From the IMG/VR virus record IMGVR_UViG_3300005458_000017: a DNA stretch of 20,000 nucleotides. One strand, written 5' to 3'. A program made the translations under genes and the position numbers. Below are positions 1 to 8,816 of this stretch, piece after piece. The notes below the pieces were generated by a model that searched no databases, was not told where the DNA came from, and worked only from the letters and a program-made list of their open reading frames with translations. Origin of the DNA: an uncultured virus (IMG/VR IMGVR_UViG_3300005458_000017). Lineage: Duplodnaviria; Heunggongvirae; Uroviricota; Caudoviricetes. How positions within the stretch are numbered: the first letter of the stretch is position 1; every line of letters starts with the position of its first letter.

Positions 1-346
1 TGGATTCGTTGTTGACGCCCGGGAGGCGGAAAACGCCGTAGTCGACCCACACCAGCACGTCGGCGTCTTCATCCTCTTCGGCCGCCTGCACCAGCCACGC
101 GGACTTCTGATGATTCACGCAGTGATAGGCGAGTGTGTTCTTCGCCGGGTTGTCGTGCGGCGAGATCGTCGGGATGATCTTCTGGGCCTTCACGAACTGC
201 CACAGCCAGGTGTCCTCGACGTGGGCATAAAATGCCTTCTTCGGTACAGGAACGCCACTCAGTTGTTCGCCAAGCTCGCCATACTCGGCCGCAGAGCGCG
301 GGTGGGCCGGAATCGGGATGTAACCTGTAACGAGCTTAATTTTCAT
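1..346 (-). CDS. HtrL/WlaTC(YibB)-like glycosyltransferase, runs off the window edge
   Basis: Not in the ORF track. Hand translation from ATG 346: MKIKLVTGYIPIPAHPRSAAEYGEL...NTLAYHCVNHQKSAWLVQAAEEDEDADVLVWVDYGVFRLPG..., open to base 1. The Y-x6-K...A...W-V-D-Y-G pattern resembles HtrL-like proteins. Start overlaps the end of the upstream GT gene. Confidence 0.6.
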   Translation of the reverse strand, partial: MKIKLVTGYIPIPAHPRSAAEYGELGEQLSGVPVPKKAFYAHVEDTWLWQFVKAQKIIPTISPHDNPAKNTLAYHCVNHQKSAWLVQAAEEDEDADVLVWVDYGVFRLPGVNNES

Positions 347-2324
347 GGAACTCGCTCAGCATCGTCGCAACGTCGGTGATCGACACCTGCGCCAGCATGG
401 CCTGGGCATCCTTCACGCCGTAGGAAAGCACCAGATCGAGACCGTTGGGATGGGGCGCGAGGCCGGCGCAAAACTCGATCTGCTGGGCGTGGAAGCAGAA
501 CGGCAGGGACAAGCGTCGCAGCGTGTAATCGCGGCTCAGCCACGCGAACCGGTGTGCATATATCCGGCGGTAGTCACCGGGGTCGATCGCTTCATGGACG
601 ACACACAACCAGCCGTTCTTGAACGGGATGCACTGACTGCCACCGCTGATATTATCGACCGCGATCTTGGCGGGAGCGCGGGACACCGACAACTTGTTGA
701 CATCGCCCGCAACGACCGTGTCGAGGCGGTAGACGTAATGCAGGTCGTCACCGTCGACCAGCGGCATCCAGTTCTTCTCGCACGCGGAGCCATCGGTCAG
801 GAAGGTCGTAGGTTTGTCCGCGGTCACTGTCACGAGCGCTTGTACTGGCGTACCGCTGGCGAGATACTCGCGGACGCAGGCGGTCGCCCATAGCTCGTCT
901 TTCCACGAGAACAACCGCATGTCTTCGAGCCCGCGCACCAGCGTGAATTGCGGATCGAGCGGCGCCTCCCAGATAATCGGCTGTTGCGAAGCTGTCGACA
1001 GGTCGGCGTTGAGTCGCAACAACAGGTTCTTGGTGTCGATCGGATTGCTGCCGTTGGGTTCGCCTTCGCCCTTGATCAGGTAGCGTCCGTCACCGTCAAT
1101 CGTGTAATTGACCGTGCGCACGATGCAATGAAGCTCGCCATTATGCAGCGCCACCGACGGGTTCATCGCGACATAATCTGGTTGCGGCGTGGCGTGAATC
1201 TCGCGCGATTTGAACGACGGGCAGTGTTCAGCGAGCGGGCGCAAGTACCAGCGAAGATTTTGGCGGGCGCCGTGGCGAACCTGCGCCGGCACCGACAAAT
1301 CGAGCCCGAGCCCACTACAGACACGCGCAGCTAGTTTCTTGTCGGCGTCGTCGCCATAAAACCCCAGGATCGAAAATTCTTCCCGGAAGCCCCAATCATA
1401 CACCCAGTCGGCGACGAACAGCGTATCGTCGGGTCGCTTGAGGTGGAGGCCCGCCTTACAAAAAATAAGGGCTGTTTTCTGACAGTCCGGCTTCTCGCGA
1501 TAGTGCTTGGTGAGGTCATACAGCGCTTCCGCGCGTTGCGGGCGGCGGTTGTATGCACTCAGCGCAGTGTAGGTGAACCCGGCCTCAATAGACTGCTGTT
1601 CTTTGAGGCATGCGGCGAGATTGATTTCCGCATTCCAGACTTCTTCATCCCAGTCACCGAGTTCGATGCGCTTCTTGTAGGCCTGTTCAGCCTGATGCCA
1701 CATACCGGCATCGCGATAGCTGTTCGCAAGATAGAACCACGATCGTGGGTTCTCAGGGTCTTTCTCGATATCGGCAAGAAGAAGCTCAATATCGCGTTCG
1801 AACTTGTTGGCGCGGTTCGAGCCGTCAGCGTGATCAATAAAGTCCGCACCATCGATCGTCCCCGCGGTTGGAACATCGAGATATTCGTGCGTGGCGCCGA
1901 TATACCGGCCCTCGGTGCGGGTATGGAGTAAACGAGTGTTGGGGTACGACACACCGCCGGCGACTTGAATCATTGTGTATGACGGACCGTCGAGCCCCTC
2001 AAACGCGTCGGGCCTCGTGACGCGCAACTCCATGTCGGCGTCCATCAGTAGAAAATAGTGTGCATTGTGCGATGATCGGTAGAGATGCGCAGCGGCAAGG
2101 GCTAAGTTGCGGGCCTGCGAAAAGTTCTCGAACGGACCGTCCTTAATCCAGCACTTGATGTGCGGGCGATCGACGAAGAACTTCCGGATGCGATCCTTGG
2201 TGTCGTCAGTCGACCCGGTGTCGAGGATTACCGCGGCGGTAATATAGGGGGCAACAGAAGCAAGAGCGCGTTCAATACGCGCGCTCTCGTTTTTCACGAT
2301 CATACACAAACACAGCTTGGTCAT
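336..2324 (-). CDS. Multidomain glycosyltransferase: GT2 domain + TPR region + C-terminal GH130/BMT-like five-bladed beta-propeller
   Basis: N-terminal LCLCMIVKNE...LDTGSTD...NFSQARN...MDAD (DxD)...HE is typical of TPR-containing GT2 enzymes. PRSWFYLANSY and RAEALYDL are TPR-like. C-terminal NPSV, GLEDMRLF, EKNWMP, GGSQ match GH130/BMT-type propeller motifs. Confidence 0.85.
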   Translation of the reverse strand: MTKLCLCMIVKNESARIERALASVAPYITAAVILDTGSTDDTKDRIRKFFVDRPHIKCWIKDGPFENFSQARNLALAAAHLYRSSHNAHYFLLMDADMELRVTRPDAFEGLDGPSYTMIQVAGGVSYPNTRLLHTRTEGRYIGATHEYLDVPTAGTIDGADFIDHADGSNRANKFERDIELLLADIEKDPENPRSWFYLANSYRDAGMWHQAEQAYKKRIELGDWDEEVWNAEINLAACLKEQQSIEAGFTYTALSAYNRRPQRAEALYDLTKHYREKPDCQKTALIFCKAGLHLKRPDDTLFVADWVYDWGFREEFSILGFYGDDADKKLAARVCSGLGLDLSVPAQVRHGARQNLRWYLRPLAEHCPSFKSREIHATPQPDYVAMNPSVALHNGELHCIVRTVNYTIDGDGRYLIKGEGEPNGSNPIDTKNLLLRLNADLSTASQQPIIWEAPLDPQFTLVRGLEDMRLFSWKDELWATACVREYLASGTPVQALVTVTADKPTTFLTDGSACEKNWMPLVDGDDLHYVYRLDTVVAGDVNKLSVSRAPAKIAVDNISGGSQCIPFKNGWLCVVHEAIDPGDYRRIYAHRFAWLSRDYTLRRLSLPFCFHAQQIEFCAGLAPHPNGLDLVLSYGVKDAQAMLAQVSITDVATMLSEFHEN

Positions 2325-2348
2325 TTTGCACGAAGACCTTGTTGGGGG

Positions 2349-2909
2349 TTAACCGTTCGAGATGCGGAGCACTCCCACACCGGTTGCACCGCCGGGGTTC
2401 CACACCGCGCCTACGATATGCGGGTCGAAATTCGGCGGGTCGAATTTGTTCGCGACGACCGGGCCAGCCGGTCCCTGCGGGCCAGTGAATGCTGCGCCAT
2501 TGCGTTGCGTGCCAGTCGGACCCGTCGCGCCAGTGGCCGAGTTCGCACCGGTGTTGCCGGCGGGGCCGGTTGAGTTGCCAGTCGGTCCCTGAGTGCCGGT
2601 CGGTCCGGTCGCACCAAGCGTGCCGGTGTTGCCGGCAAAACCAGTCGGGCCGGTATTGCCGGTCGGGCCAGTGATACCGATTGCACCAGGACCAGCGGGG
2701 CCAGTCGGTTGCGCACCTGTCGGGCCCGTCGGACCGGTGAACGCGGCGGCGCCACCACCTGTCGGACCCTTGGCGCCGGTGCTGCCGGCGGGACCCTGGA
2801 TGTTCTTGTCGTTGATCAGATCGACAACTTCCTTCAGCACCTCGGGGATGCGGTTGTCGTCATAGGTGTCCTTCGACGCGGTGCTCGGATCGAGTGGTTT
2901 GAACGCCAT
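2349..2909 (-). CDS. Collagen-like (Gly-X-Thr) fibre protein
   Basis: Interrupted GPT/GAT/GNT triplets; RBS AGGAG upstream; N- and C-terminal motifs shared with 2923-3429. Confidence 0.85.
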   Translation of the reverse strand: MAFKPLDPSTASKDTYDDNRIPEVLKEVVDLINDKNIQGPAGSTGAKGPTGGGAAAFTGPTGPTGAQPTGPAGPGAIGITGPTGNTGPTGFAGNTGTLGATGPTGTQGPTGNSTGPAGNTGANSATGATGPTGTQRNGAAFTGPQGPAGPVVANKFDPPNFDPHIVGAVWNPGGATGVGVLRISNG

Positions 2910-2922
2910 TTGCTGGCTCCTG

Positions 2923-3429
2923 TTAGCCGGCCGAGACCGTCAGAACGCCCACGTTGTTCCAGACTTGCCCGTTGACATGCGGATCGGAAGTCGGCGGTAC
3001 GAAGATCGATGCGAACGCGCCGGTCGGTCCGGTAGACCCAGTAGGTCCAGTTGCGGCAGCGCCGGTCGGGCCGGTGACGCCGGTACCCGTCGGACCCGTC
3101 GGACCCGTGGCGCCAGGAGTCGGACCAGTGTTGCCAACAGCGCCGCCCGGTCCGGTTGCACCGATACCGGTCGGGCCGGTAACACCGGTCGGGCCCGTGT
3201 TGCCAACAGGTCCCTGCGGACCCTGAATTGGTGCGCTCGATCCGGTCGGGCCAGTTACGCCCGCGGGGCCCGTGTTACCGGTCGCGCCAGTCGATGCGCC
3301 GGTCGGACCAGCAGGGCCGGTGACGCCGGTGGGGCCGCCGATATTGCCCGCGTTGATCGCATCAACGGCCTGCTTGAGGACATTGCCGATCGAATTACGG
3401 TCGTAATTTTTACTGGACAGGATGGCCAT
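2923..3429 (-). CDS. Collagen-like (Gly-X-Thr) fibre protein
   Basis: Long GPT/GVT/GAT/GNT run; C-terminus [34 protein letters not shown]. Confidence 0.88.
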   Translation of the reverse strand: MAILSSKNYDRNSIGNVLKQAVDAINAGNIGGPTGVTGPAGPTGASTGATGNTGPAGVTGPTGSSAPIQGPQGPVGNTGPTGVTGPTGIGATGPGGAVGNTGPTPGATGPTGPTGTGVTGPTGAAATGPTGSTGPTGAFASIFVPPTSDPHVNGQVWNNVGVLTVSAG

Positions 3430-3506
3430 CTGTTACCCCTACGGCAGGCGCTGCCTGCTCCCTTCTAAAAGTCGAACCCGTTACTCTTTTCTTTATCCAG
3501 CCGCCG

Positions 3507-3519
3507 TCAGCCGACGCCC
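3507..3519. repeat. 13-bp direct repeat TCAGCCGACGCCC, copy of the portal 3' end at 4440-4452
   Basis: Exact match between 3507-3519 and 4440-4452, bracketing gene 3535-4440. Confidence 0.7.
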
Positions 3520-3534
3520 TCACGAACTACTTAA

Positions 3535-4440
3535 TTAAAACGTACTCAGCGCCGCCCGCTTCCAGGTGTTGGTCGCAGTACAGACGTAGATGAAGCCGGC
3601 GTCCCAGACGATCGCGCCGGCCTTGCCTGGAGCGCTAGATGATGCCGGCGTGATCAATGGCGCAGCTATCGGTGCAACGCCCAGCGTTGCACCTGTCATA
3701 TCGAGCCCGTAGTTGTGCGAGCCGTTGATTGTGTAAGAGACCGACGCCGAACTGTCGTCGCGCAGGAACGTCGTCTTGATGCTGCCCGATATAGCAGCCA
3801 CGCCCACGTCAAATTGCGACCCAGCAATGGCAATAATTCCGCAAGCAAAACCGTTATTCGAACTCGCGCCGCTCTGACCGCTCGAACTCAGCCACAGCGC
3901 GCCGCCGAAACCGAAATTACCGGCGAAACTGATCGGGGTGGTCGTCTGATTGTTGGCCCTGATCTCCGTGCCGACGATACCCGCCGTCGCGGTATTGCGC
4001 CGGCCTTCCAGATACGCACCAGTCCCCTTTCCGGTGCTCGTCCCGAACGCCATGCCTAATCCGGTAATGGCGACAGTGTCGAAGTTCATCGCACCCTTCG
4101 AGGCCGCCCAGAGGGCGCAAGTCTGCATGCCGCTGGTTGACATGCCGACCGAATAGAGTGCCAGCGTCGCGTTGCCTTCATTGTCTACCGGGTTGGCGAA
4201 TAATGAAGCGCTAAGGTTTTCGGTGCGTGAAATTTTAACCGACGGTCCAGCCGTGGTGATCGCCGCTGAACCGAAATTCCCCTGCGCCAACTCCCAGTTC
4301 TGGGGTGCGTATGAATTGAACAGGAATTGCGAGGTCCCATTGATGACGTTCGGACCGACGTTAGCGACATCCGCCAGTTGCTTGAGGATGCTGTCGATAC
4401 TGTTCGGATCGTAGTTACGCGACGAGAGGACTGGCGCCAT
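3535..4440 (-). CDS. Putative virion fibre/spike protein, Gly/Ser/Thr/Asn-rich
   Basis: TGATG-coupled to portal; N-terminus homologous to the two collagen proteins; C-terminus PGKAGAIVWDAGFIYVCTATNTWKR is a module seen in phage fibre-like proteins. Confidence 0.65.
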   Translation of the reverse strand: MAPVLSSRNYDPNSIDSILKQLADVANVGPNVINGTSQFLFNSYAPQNWELAQGNFGSAAITTAGPSVKISRTENLSASLFANPVDNEGNATLALYSVGMSTSGMQTCALWAASKGAMNFDTVAITGLGMAFGTSTGKGTGAYLEGRRNTATAGIVGTEIRANNQTTTPISFAGNFGFGGALWLSSSGQSGASSNNGFACGIIAIAGSQFDVGVAAISGSIKTTFLRDDSSASVSYTINGSHNYGLDMTGATLGVAPIAAPLITPASSSAPGKAGAIVWDAGFIYVCTATNTWKRAALSTF

Positions 4441-6731
4441 CAGCCGACGCCCCCGCTAACCGGCTTGGCGCCCGCACCGGGTTGACTGCCGGTGAGGTGC
4501 GTCTGCGGCCCCATCGAATGCGACAACTGACTCGGTTGCATGCCTTGTGCACGTGACGCGTCCTGCGGCCCTGGTGGACCGGCGTTCAAACTCGGATCAC
4601 TCATTGTTGATTGGCCGCCGAGCGTGCCGATATGTGTGGGCTTGCCCTCCGGCATCTGTTCGCGTTGTGCGAGAATGCCGGACGTCAGTTCGGTGGTGAT
4701 GCGCTTGACGCCGGCCTCGACGCCCTGGTTAACAGCCTGCGTAATCAGCGCGTCGATGTTGCCGCCGTTCTGTGCTTGCGCCTCTTGCTGCTTCATCATT
4801 TGTTCGATCTGGTCTTCAGACGGCACGATATCCTCACCCGGCATGCCGATCGTCGATGACACGTTGCGCAGCACGGTCGAGCGGCCCTTCAGCCCCATGA
4901 TCTTCATGTCGGTCGGGTTGTTGGTCGCGGTCAGGAACTCGATCTGGCGCTGCCGGAGGGTTTCCCTCTGAATGGCTACGTTGACGCCCTGCACCGTGAC
5001 CTTCTCTTCGCCGGTGAGCAGGCCTGACGTATCGGTCAGCATCAGCAGGTCAAATAATTGGAGGAGTGCTTCCTCCAATACGTCCCGATCGATATTCGCC
5101 GACACTGTCTGCAAAATCTTCGAGGCGTTGCCCATCAGCATCGCCAGACCAGACGCCGTTCTCCCAGCACCCGAGCCGGCCTGGCCGCCAACGTATTTCG
5201 GGATCGCGCTCACATCGTCCGCGATCGAGGTGAACTCCTGGTAGACCTGGATCAGCGGGGCGGCGTTGCTCGCCGGCATGAAGAAGCTGATCGGCTGGCG
5301 AGAGTTGTTGCCAACCGGATCGTTGCGGACGTGCCAGCGTTTCCATGGGTATAAGTCCTCGCCGTTTTCTTCCGGGGCAAGCATGTCGTCGTTGACCACA
5401 ACCTGCGGACCCGACGAGATCGAGATGTTGTTGACCAGCGAACGCAGTGTGGCGTTGGCGACTTCCTGCAAATCGGCCAAAAGGTCCGTGAGCCCGTTTC
5501 CAACGGGCGTTCCAGGGACTTTTTCAAAAGACGTGATGAAATATGGGTGGCGTTGCCGCGGGCTGGGGGAGAGATGCGCCTTGATGACGTGGGTGCCGAT
5601 CACCCAGACCTGGACATGGTAGTCGCGGAGTTCGTCCTCGACCGCCATGCCGTAGTCTTGAAGAATCCTTCCCTGGACGTTGCCGTTGAACTCCATCATC
5701 GAGATCATCCCGGAGCGGTTCCAAGCCGGGTTCTCGCGGTTCTCCAGCACGCTGCGCTCGGCGTCGGTGGTGTCCCAGTTATCGTAGAGGCCGCCGGCGC
5801 CGTATTCGTCGAGCACCGCCCTGATCTCGGACACGTTGTAACCGGGCAAATCCAGGAGATCGTTGAGTTCAGCGCGGGTGACGCGCAGCTTCTCGATGGT
5901 GTTGGCGTTGGCGATGTCGGCGACGCCAGGGGTGAACCAGAGATCAAACGGCGAGACCCGGTTCCAGGTCAGCCTCGGCACCTGCTTCACGATCGGTTGA
6001 CCGCCGCCCGGCGGCCAGATCACCTGCGGTACCACCTTGACCACGGGACCTTTGACGCAGGCGAACGGGAAGATCGGGAGATCGACCAGGAACTCGGCGA
6101 GGGCGTGATAGAAGCCGCCCTGTCGCAACATATCTTCGATCTTGCCCTCGCTGTCGCGCGCCTGCTTCGCTGCTTTCTTCTTCGCGGCTTCCTCGGCTTG
6201 GTCGAGCAGATGGCGCTTGCGATCGGCGGTGTCCGAAGGCGGCGGCGGCGTGCCCAGCGTTTGCGCCACCTTCTGTGCTTCTTGCTGAATCAACTGGTCG
6301 ATCTGCTGCTTGATGTCGGCCGGGATGTCCGGATCGGCGGGCGGCTGCAACGCCCAAGGCTGGTCCTGCCCGAGATAGATGTCTCGCAGGAGTGAAGAGG
6401 CGGCGCGGCACTTCTGCGCGATCATGCGCGCATAGACCGTCGACCCGCCGAACTTGGACAACTCGTTAAGTTTTGTCGGATCGTACTGGCCGTTGAACGT
6501 CCGCAATGCGGCAAGCATCCTGTTGCTCCAGCCGGCAGACGTATTTCGGTGGTTCCTGAAAATTTCGAACTGCGCGCGGACGTAGCCGGCAAGTTCCGGA
6601 TATTGCGGGCCGGCGTTGTTCTCTGCGGCATCTTGGGCGTTTGCACGCGTCACCGCCGCAGCCTGAAGCTGCTGCTCCAACTGGTCAGGCGGTGTGAACT
6701 GGATAACGCCGGATTGTCCGAGAGCGGCCAT
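4440..6731 (-). CDS. Portal protein (head-tail connector), podovirus-type
   Basis: 763 aa, downstream of TerL, helical character, low-complexity C-terminal tail. Assigned mainly by synteny and size. Confidence 0.8.
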   Translation of the reverse strand: MAALGQSGVIQFTPPDQLEQQLQAAAVTRANAQDAAENNAGPQYPELAGYVRAQFEIFRNHRNTSAGWSNRMLAALRTFNGQYDPTKLNELSKFGGSTVYARMIAQKCRAASSLLRDIYLGQDQPWALQPPADPDIPADIKQQIDQLIQQEAQKVAQTLGTPPPPSDTADRKRHLLDQAEEAAKKKAAKQARDSEGKIEDMLRQGGFYHALAEFLVDLPIFPFACVKGPVVKVVPQVIWPPGGGQPIVKQVPRLTWNRVSPFDLWFTPGVADIANANTIEKLRVTRAELNDLLDLPGYNVSEIRAVLDEYGAGGLYDNWDTTDAERSVLENRENPAWNRSGMISMMEFNGNVQGRILQDYGMAVEDELRDYHVQVWVIGTHVIKAHLSPSPRQRHPYFITSFEKVPGTPVGNGLTDLLADLQEVANATLRSLVNNISISSGPQVVVNDDMLAPEENGEDLYPWKRWHVRNDPVGNNSRQPISFFMPASNAAPLIQVYQEFTSIADDVSAIPKYVGGQAGSGAGRTASGLAMLMGNASKILQTVSANIDRDVLEEALLQLFDLLMLTDTSGLLTGEEKVTVQGVNVAIQRETLRQRQIEFLTATNNPTDMKIMGLKGRSTVLRNVSSTIGMPGEDIVPSEDQIEQMMKQQEAQAQNGGNIDALITQAVNQGVEAGVKRITTELTSGILAQREQMPEGKPTHIGTLGGQSTMSDPSLNAGPPGPQDASRAQGMQPSQLSHSMGPQTHLTGSQPGAGAKPVSGGVG

Positions 6732-6748
6732 ACTCGTCCCACAATTAC

Positions 6749-6787
6749 GCGCGGACGCTCTGACGCAGGCCCCAAACTTTTGCTTAA
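6749..6787 (-). promoter_or_regulatory. Conserved 39-bp element upstream of portal, containing TTAA-N7-TTTG
   Basis: 32/39 ungapped identity to 8778-8816 upstream of terL. Confidence 0.75.
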
Positions 6788-6831
6788 TAGGCTACCGGTA
6801 GCGGTGGGGGTGGAAATGGAGGTCACAACCA

Positions 6832-7116
6832 ATGGACCAGCACAGCACCCTTAACCTATGGGTCGGCAACGTGATATCGGCCTCGGCGATTCTGACGACG
6901 TTATTGGGCCTCGTGCCGGCAATCGCCGCGATCGTCGCGCTGCTGTGGTACCTGGTCCAAATCTACGAGAGCAATACCATTCAGACGTGGCTCAAGAATC
7001 GCCGTCTCCGCAAGCTGGCGCGCTTGAAAGCGAGGGTCATCATGCTGCAAGCGCAACTGGCCCAGCCGGTTACACCTTCGGTTTTCGATCCGCCGTCCCT
7101 CGATAAACCCCAGTAA
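6832..7116 (+). CDS. Small membrane protein, holin-like topology
   Basis: Strong RBS GGAGGT; hydrophobic N-terminal half (1-2 TM segments) followed by a basic stretch (KNRRLRKLARLKAR). Confidence 0.65.
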   Translation: MDQHSTLNLWVGNVISASAILTTLLGLVPAIAAIVALLWYLVQIYESNTIQTWLKNRRLRKLARLKARVIMLQAQLAQPVTPSVFDPPSLDKPQ

Positions 7117-7296
7117 TTAGTCCGTCGGCAGCGGTACGCCATGCGGCCATCCGGTTGCCCAGAAGACCGGCCAGATCGCACAACGGAGAAATATAAGCGC
7201 TAGGGTCGCATTCGGTGCCATCCCAACGTGGAAGAAGAATGTGAGACAAAAGCCAATCACATAAGTTCCGATCAAAGTCCAAATCCACCACGCCAT
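7117..7296 (-). CDS. Small hydrophobic membrane protein (59 aa)
   Basis: RBS GGGAGA ahead of ATG 7296; MAWWIWTLIGTYVIGFCLTFFF... with two hydrophobic segments. Confidence 0.6.
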   Translation of the reverse strand: MAWWIWTLIGTYVIGFCLTFFFHVGMAPNATLALIFLRCAIWPVFWATGWPHGVPLPTD

Positions 7297-7319
7297 CTCA
7301 TATTCTCCCTGTTCGTTTT

Positions 7320-8777
7320 TCAGGTCCATGCTGCCGAGGTGAATTTCGGGCCTGCACGTTTAGTGCGCGGGCGCAGTCTCCGGGTGATCTCTGGCACCAC
7401 GCCACCGTGAACAACCAGCGCGACATATTGCAGGTCGTCAGCTACGTGGCTGAAACCTTCTTTGTCGTTCTTCTCGGGGACAGTACGCAGGGCACCAGTT
7501 TTCATTTTCGTAAAGCGATAGCCGCCACTCATAGCGCGACACAAGAACGGGCACCCAGTTCTCGATATCATCAGGGACGGACCTCCATTCGTCTGCTGTC
7601 CAAGCAGGGCCTCCACAGCGCGCAAGCGCGGCTCGATATCGTTGGTAGGTGCTGGGAACGCAGGTAAGCCAAGTCGTGCCAACGCGTCGAAGCAACTCTC
7701 CTCGGAAACGGAGCCCTTCGCAACGCCAGACGGATCGCCCACAAGCGCAACGCGGTAGCCTAGGTACTTCCCACTCAGGAGGATTGGTCGCAAGCTCTGG
7801 TTGACGTGCTTCTCCAAACCGACATTGGTACCCGGCACTTCCTGGTGCACCAGGAGTCTCCCCATGTGATCCATCTGGCATATCAGGCTCCATGGGTTGC
7901 GTCCGAAGTCCTGTCCGACCAGCAGCGGGTAGCCGGGGATGACTTGCGTGTCGTCGACGATATGAAAGTCCGAGCGGAAGCTGGATTTGAACACGGCAGA
8001 GCCGGACGGATCGTCGCCGTACTCGGCACGGACGTAACGGCGGACCCAATCTGAACCCTCGCCGTACATCTCAACAAACCGGTTGTAGTACTGGCGCCCT
8101 TGCGCCAGCCTCGCGGGATGGTCGATAGGAAGCTGAATGGTCTTTTCGTTTTGGACCAGCCAGTTGAGGTTCTCGGCATCGGGGGAGAGCCCCGAGGGCT
8201 GCTTGAATATCTGGAAGTTCATGGGGGGGTTTTCCATGAACTGGTGCCAGGGCGTCATTTCGGTCGGAAAATTCGTGTCCGCGATCAGGCCGTGCCATGT
8301 CGGCGTGCCATCGGGTCCGGATGGGTATCGTCCAAGCCGACCACTGATCGGGCTGATAACGTCGAGGTCCATTTCGATCGCCTCCGACAGCCACGCGCCC
8401 GTCAACTGCATTGAAAGTAGGCGAGCCTGATCCTCAGCGTTCTCTAGCGGGATGAAGATCAGTTCGCTGCGTACATCGTCGAACTCAATATGAAACGTAC
8501 TCTCCGAGACCTTCCAAGACCCGAGGCCGCTCAGCCATTGTTGGCAATCTTTCAAGACAGTGTCACGAAGCTGTTTCAACGTCTGTCGGACAACTGAAAA
8601 ACGAGTATGGCGACAGCCATCTGCGCCGCGCGATTGCTGCGTGGCACGACGGAGAACTTCGATTACGCACGCGGTTGTCTTGCCAGAGCCAACAGGGCCA
8701 GCGATCACACGGCCAAACGCCGCGCTCTTCATGAACCGGGAGCATGTCGGGGGCGCATCGTATTTCAGTTCGGGCAT
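7320..8777 (-). CDS. terL: Terminase large subunit
   Basis: Walker A GPVGSGKT, Walker B LTGAWLSE, RNase H-like nuclease GQDFG and SHVADDLQY. Start taken at ATG 8777; the track gives an alternative TTG at 8804. Confidence 0.93.
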   Translation of the reverse strand: MPELKYDAPPTCSRFMKSAAFGRVIAGPVGSGKTTACVIEVLRRATQQSRGADGCRHTRFSVVRQTLKQLRDTVLKDCQQWLSGLGSWKVSESTFHIEFDDVRSELIFIPLENAEDQARLLSMQLTGAWLSEAIEMDLDVISPISGRLGRYPSGPDGTPTWHGLIADTNFPTEMTPWHQFMENPPMNFQIFKQPSGLSPDAENLNWLVQNEKTIQLPIDHPARLAQGRQYYNRFVEMYGEGSDWVRRYVRAEYGDDPSGSAVFKSSFRSDFHIVDDTQVIPGYPLLVGQDFGRNPWSLICQMDHMGRLLVHQEVPGTNVGLEKHVNQSLRPILLSGKYLGYRVALVGDPSGVAKGSVSEESCFDALARLGLPAFPAPTNDIEPRLRAVEALLGQQTNGGPSLMISRTGCPFLCRAMSGGYRFTKMKTGALRTVPEKNDKEGFSHVADDLQYVALVVHGGVVPEITRRLRPRTKRAGPKFTSAAWT

Positions 8778-8816
8778 GCGCGGACGCTCGTCCGCATGCC
8801 CCAAAGTTTTTATTAA
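8778..8816 (-). promoter_or_regulatory. Conserved 39-bp element upstream of terL, containing TTAA-N7-TTTG
   Basis: 32/39 identity to 6749-6787; fills the entire gap between the upstream stop codon and the terL ATG. Confidence 0.75.

Noticed and set aside
2362..3468. Plus-strand PVGPV-rich ORFs
   Set aside because: Antisense shadows of the collagen repeats.
3475..3500. Third copy of the 39-bp late element before the collagen genes
   Set aside because: Only weak similarity (cttttctTTAT); the GC-rich conserved blocks are missing.
4540..6411. Long alternative ORFs inside portal (for example 5547-6395 +)
   Set aside because: GC-rich antisense or off-frame shadows with no recognisable motifs.
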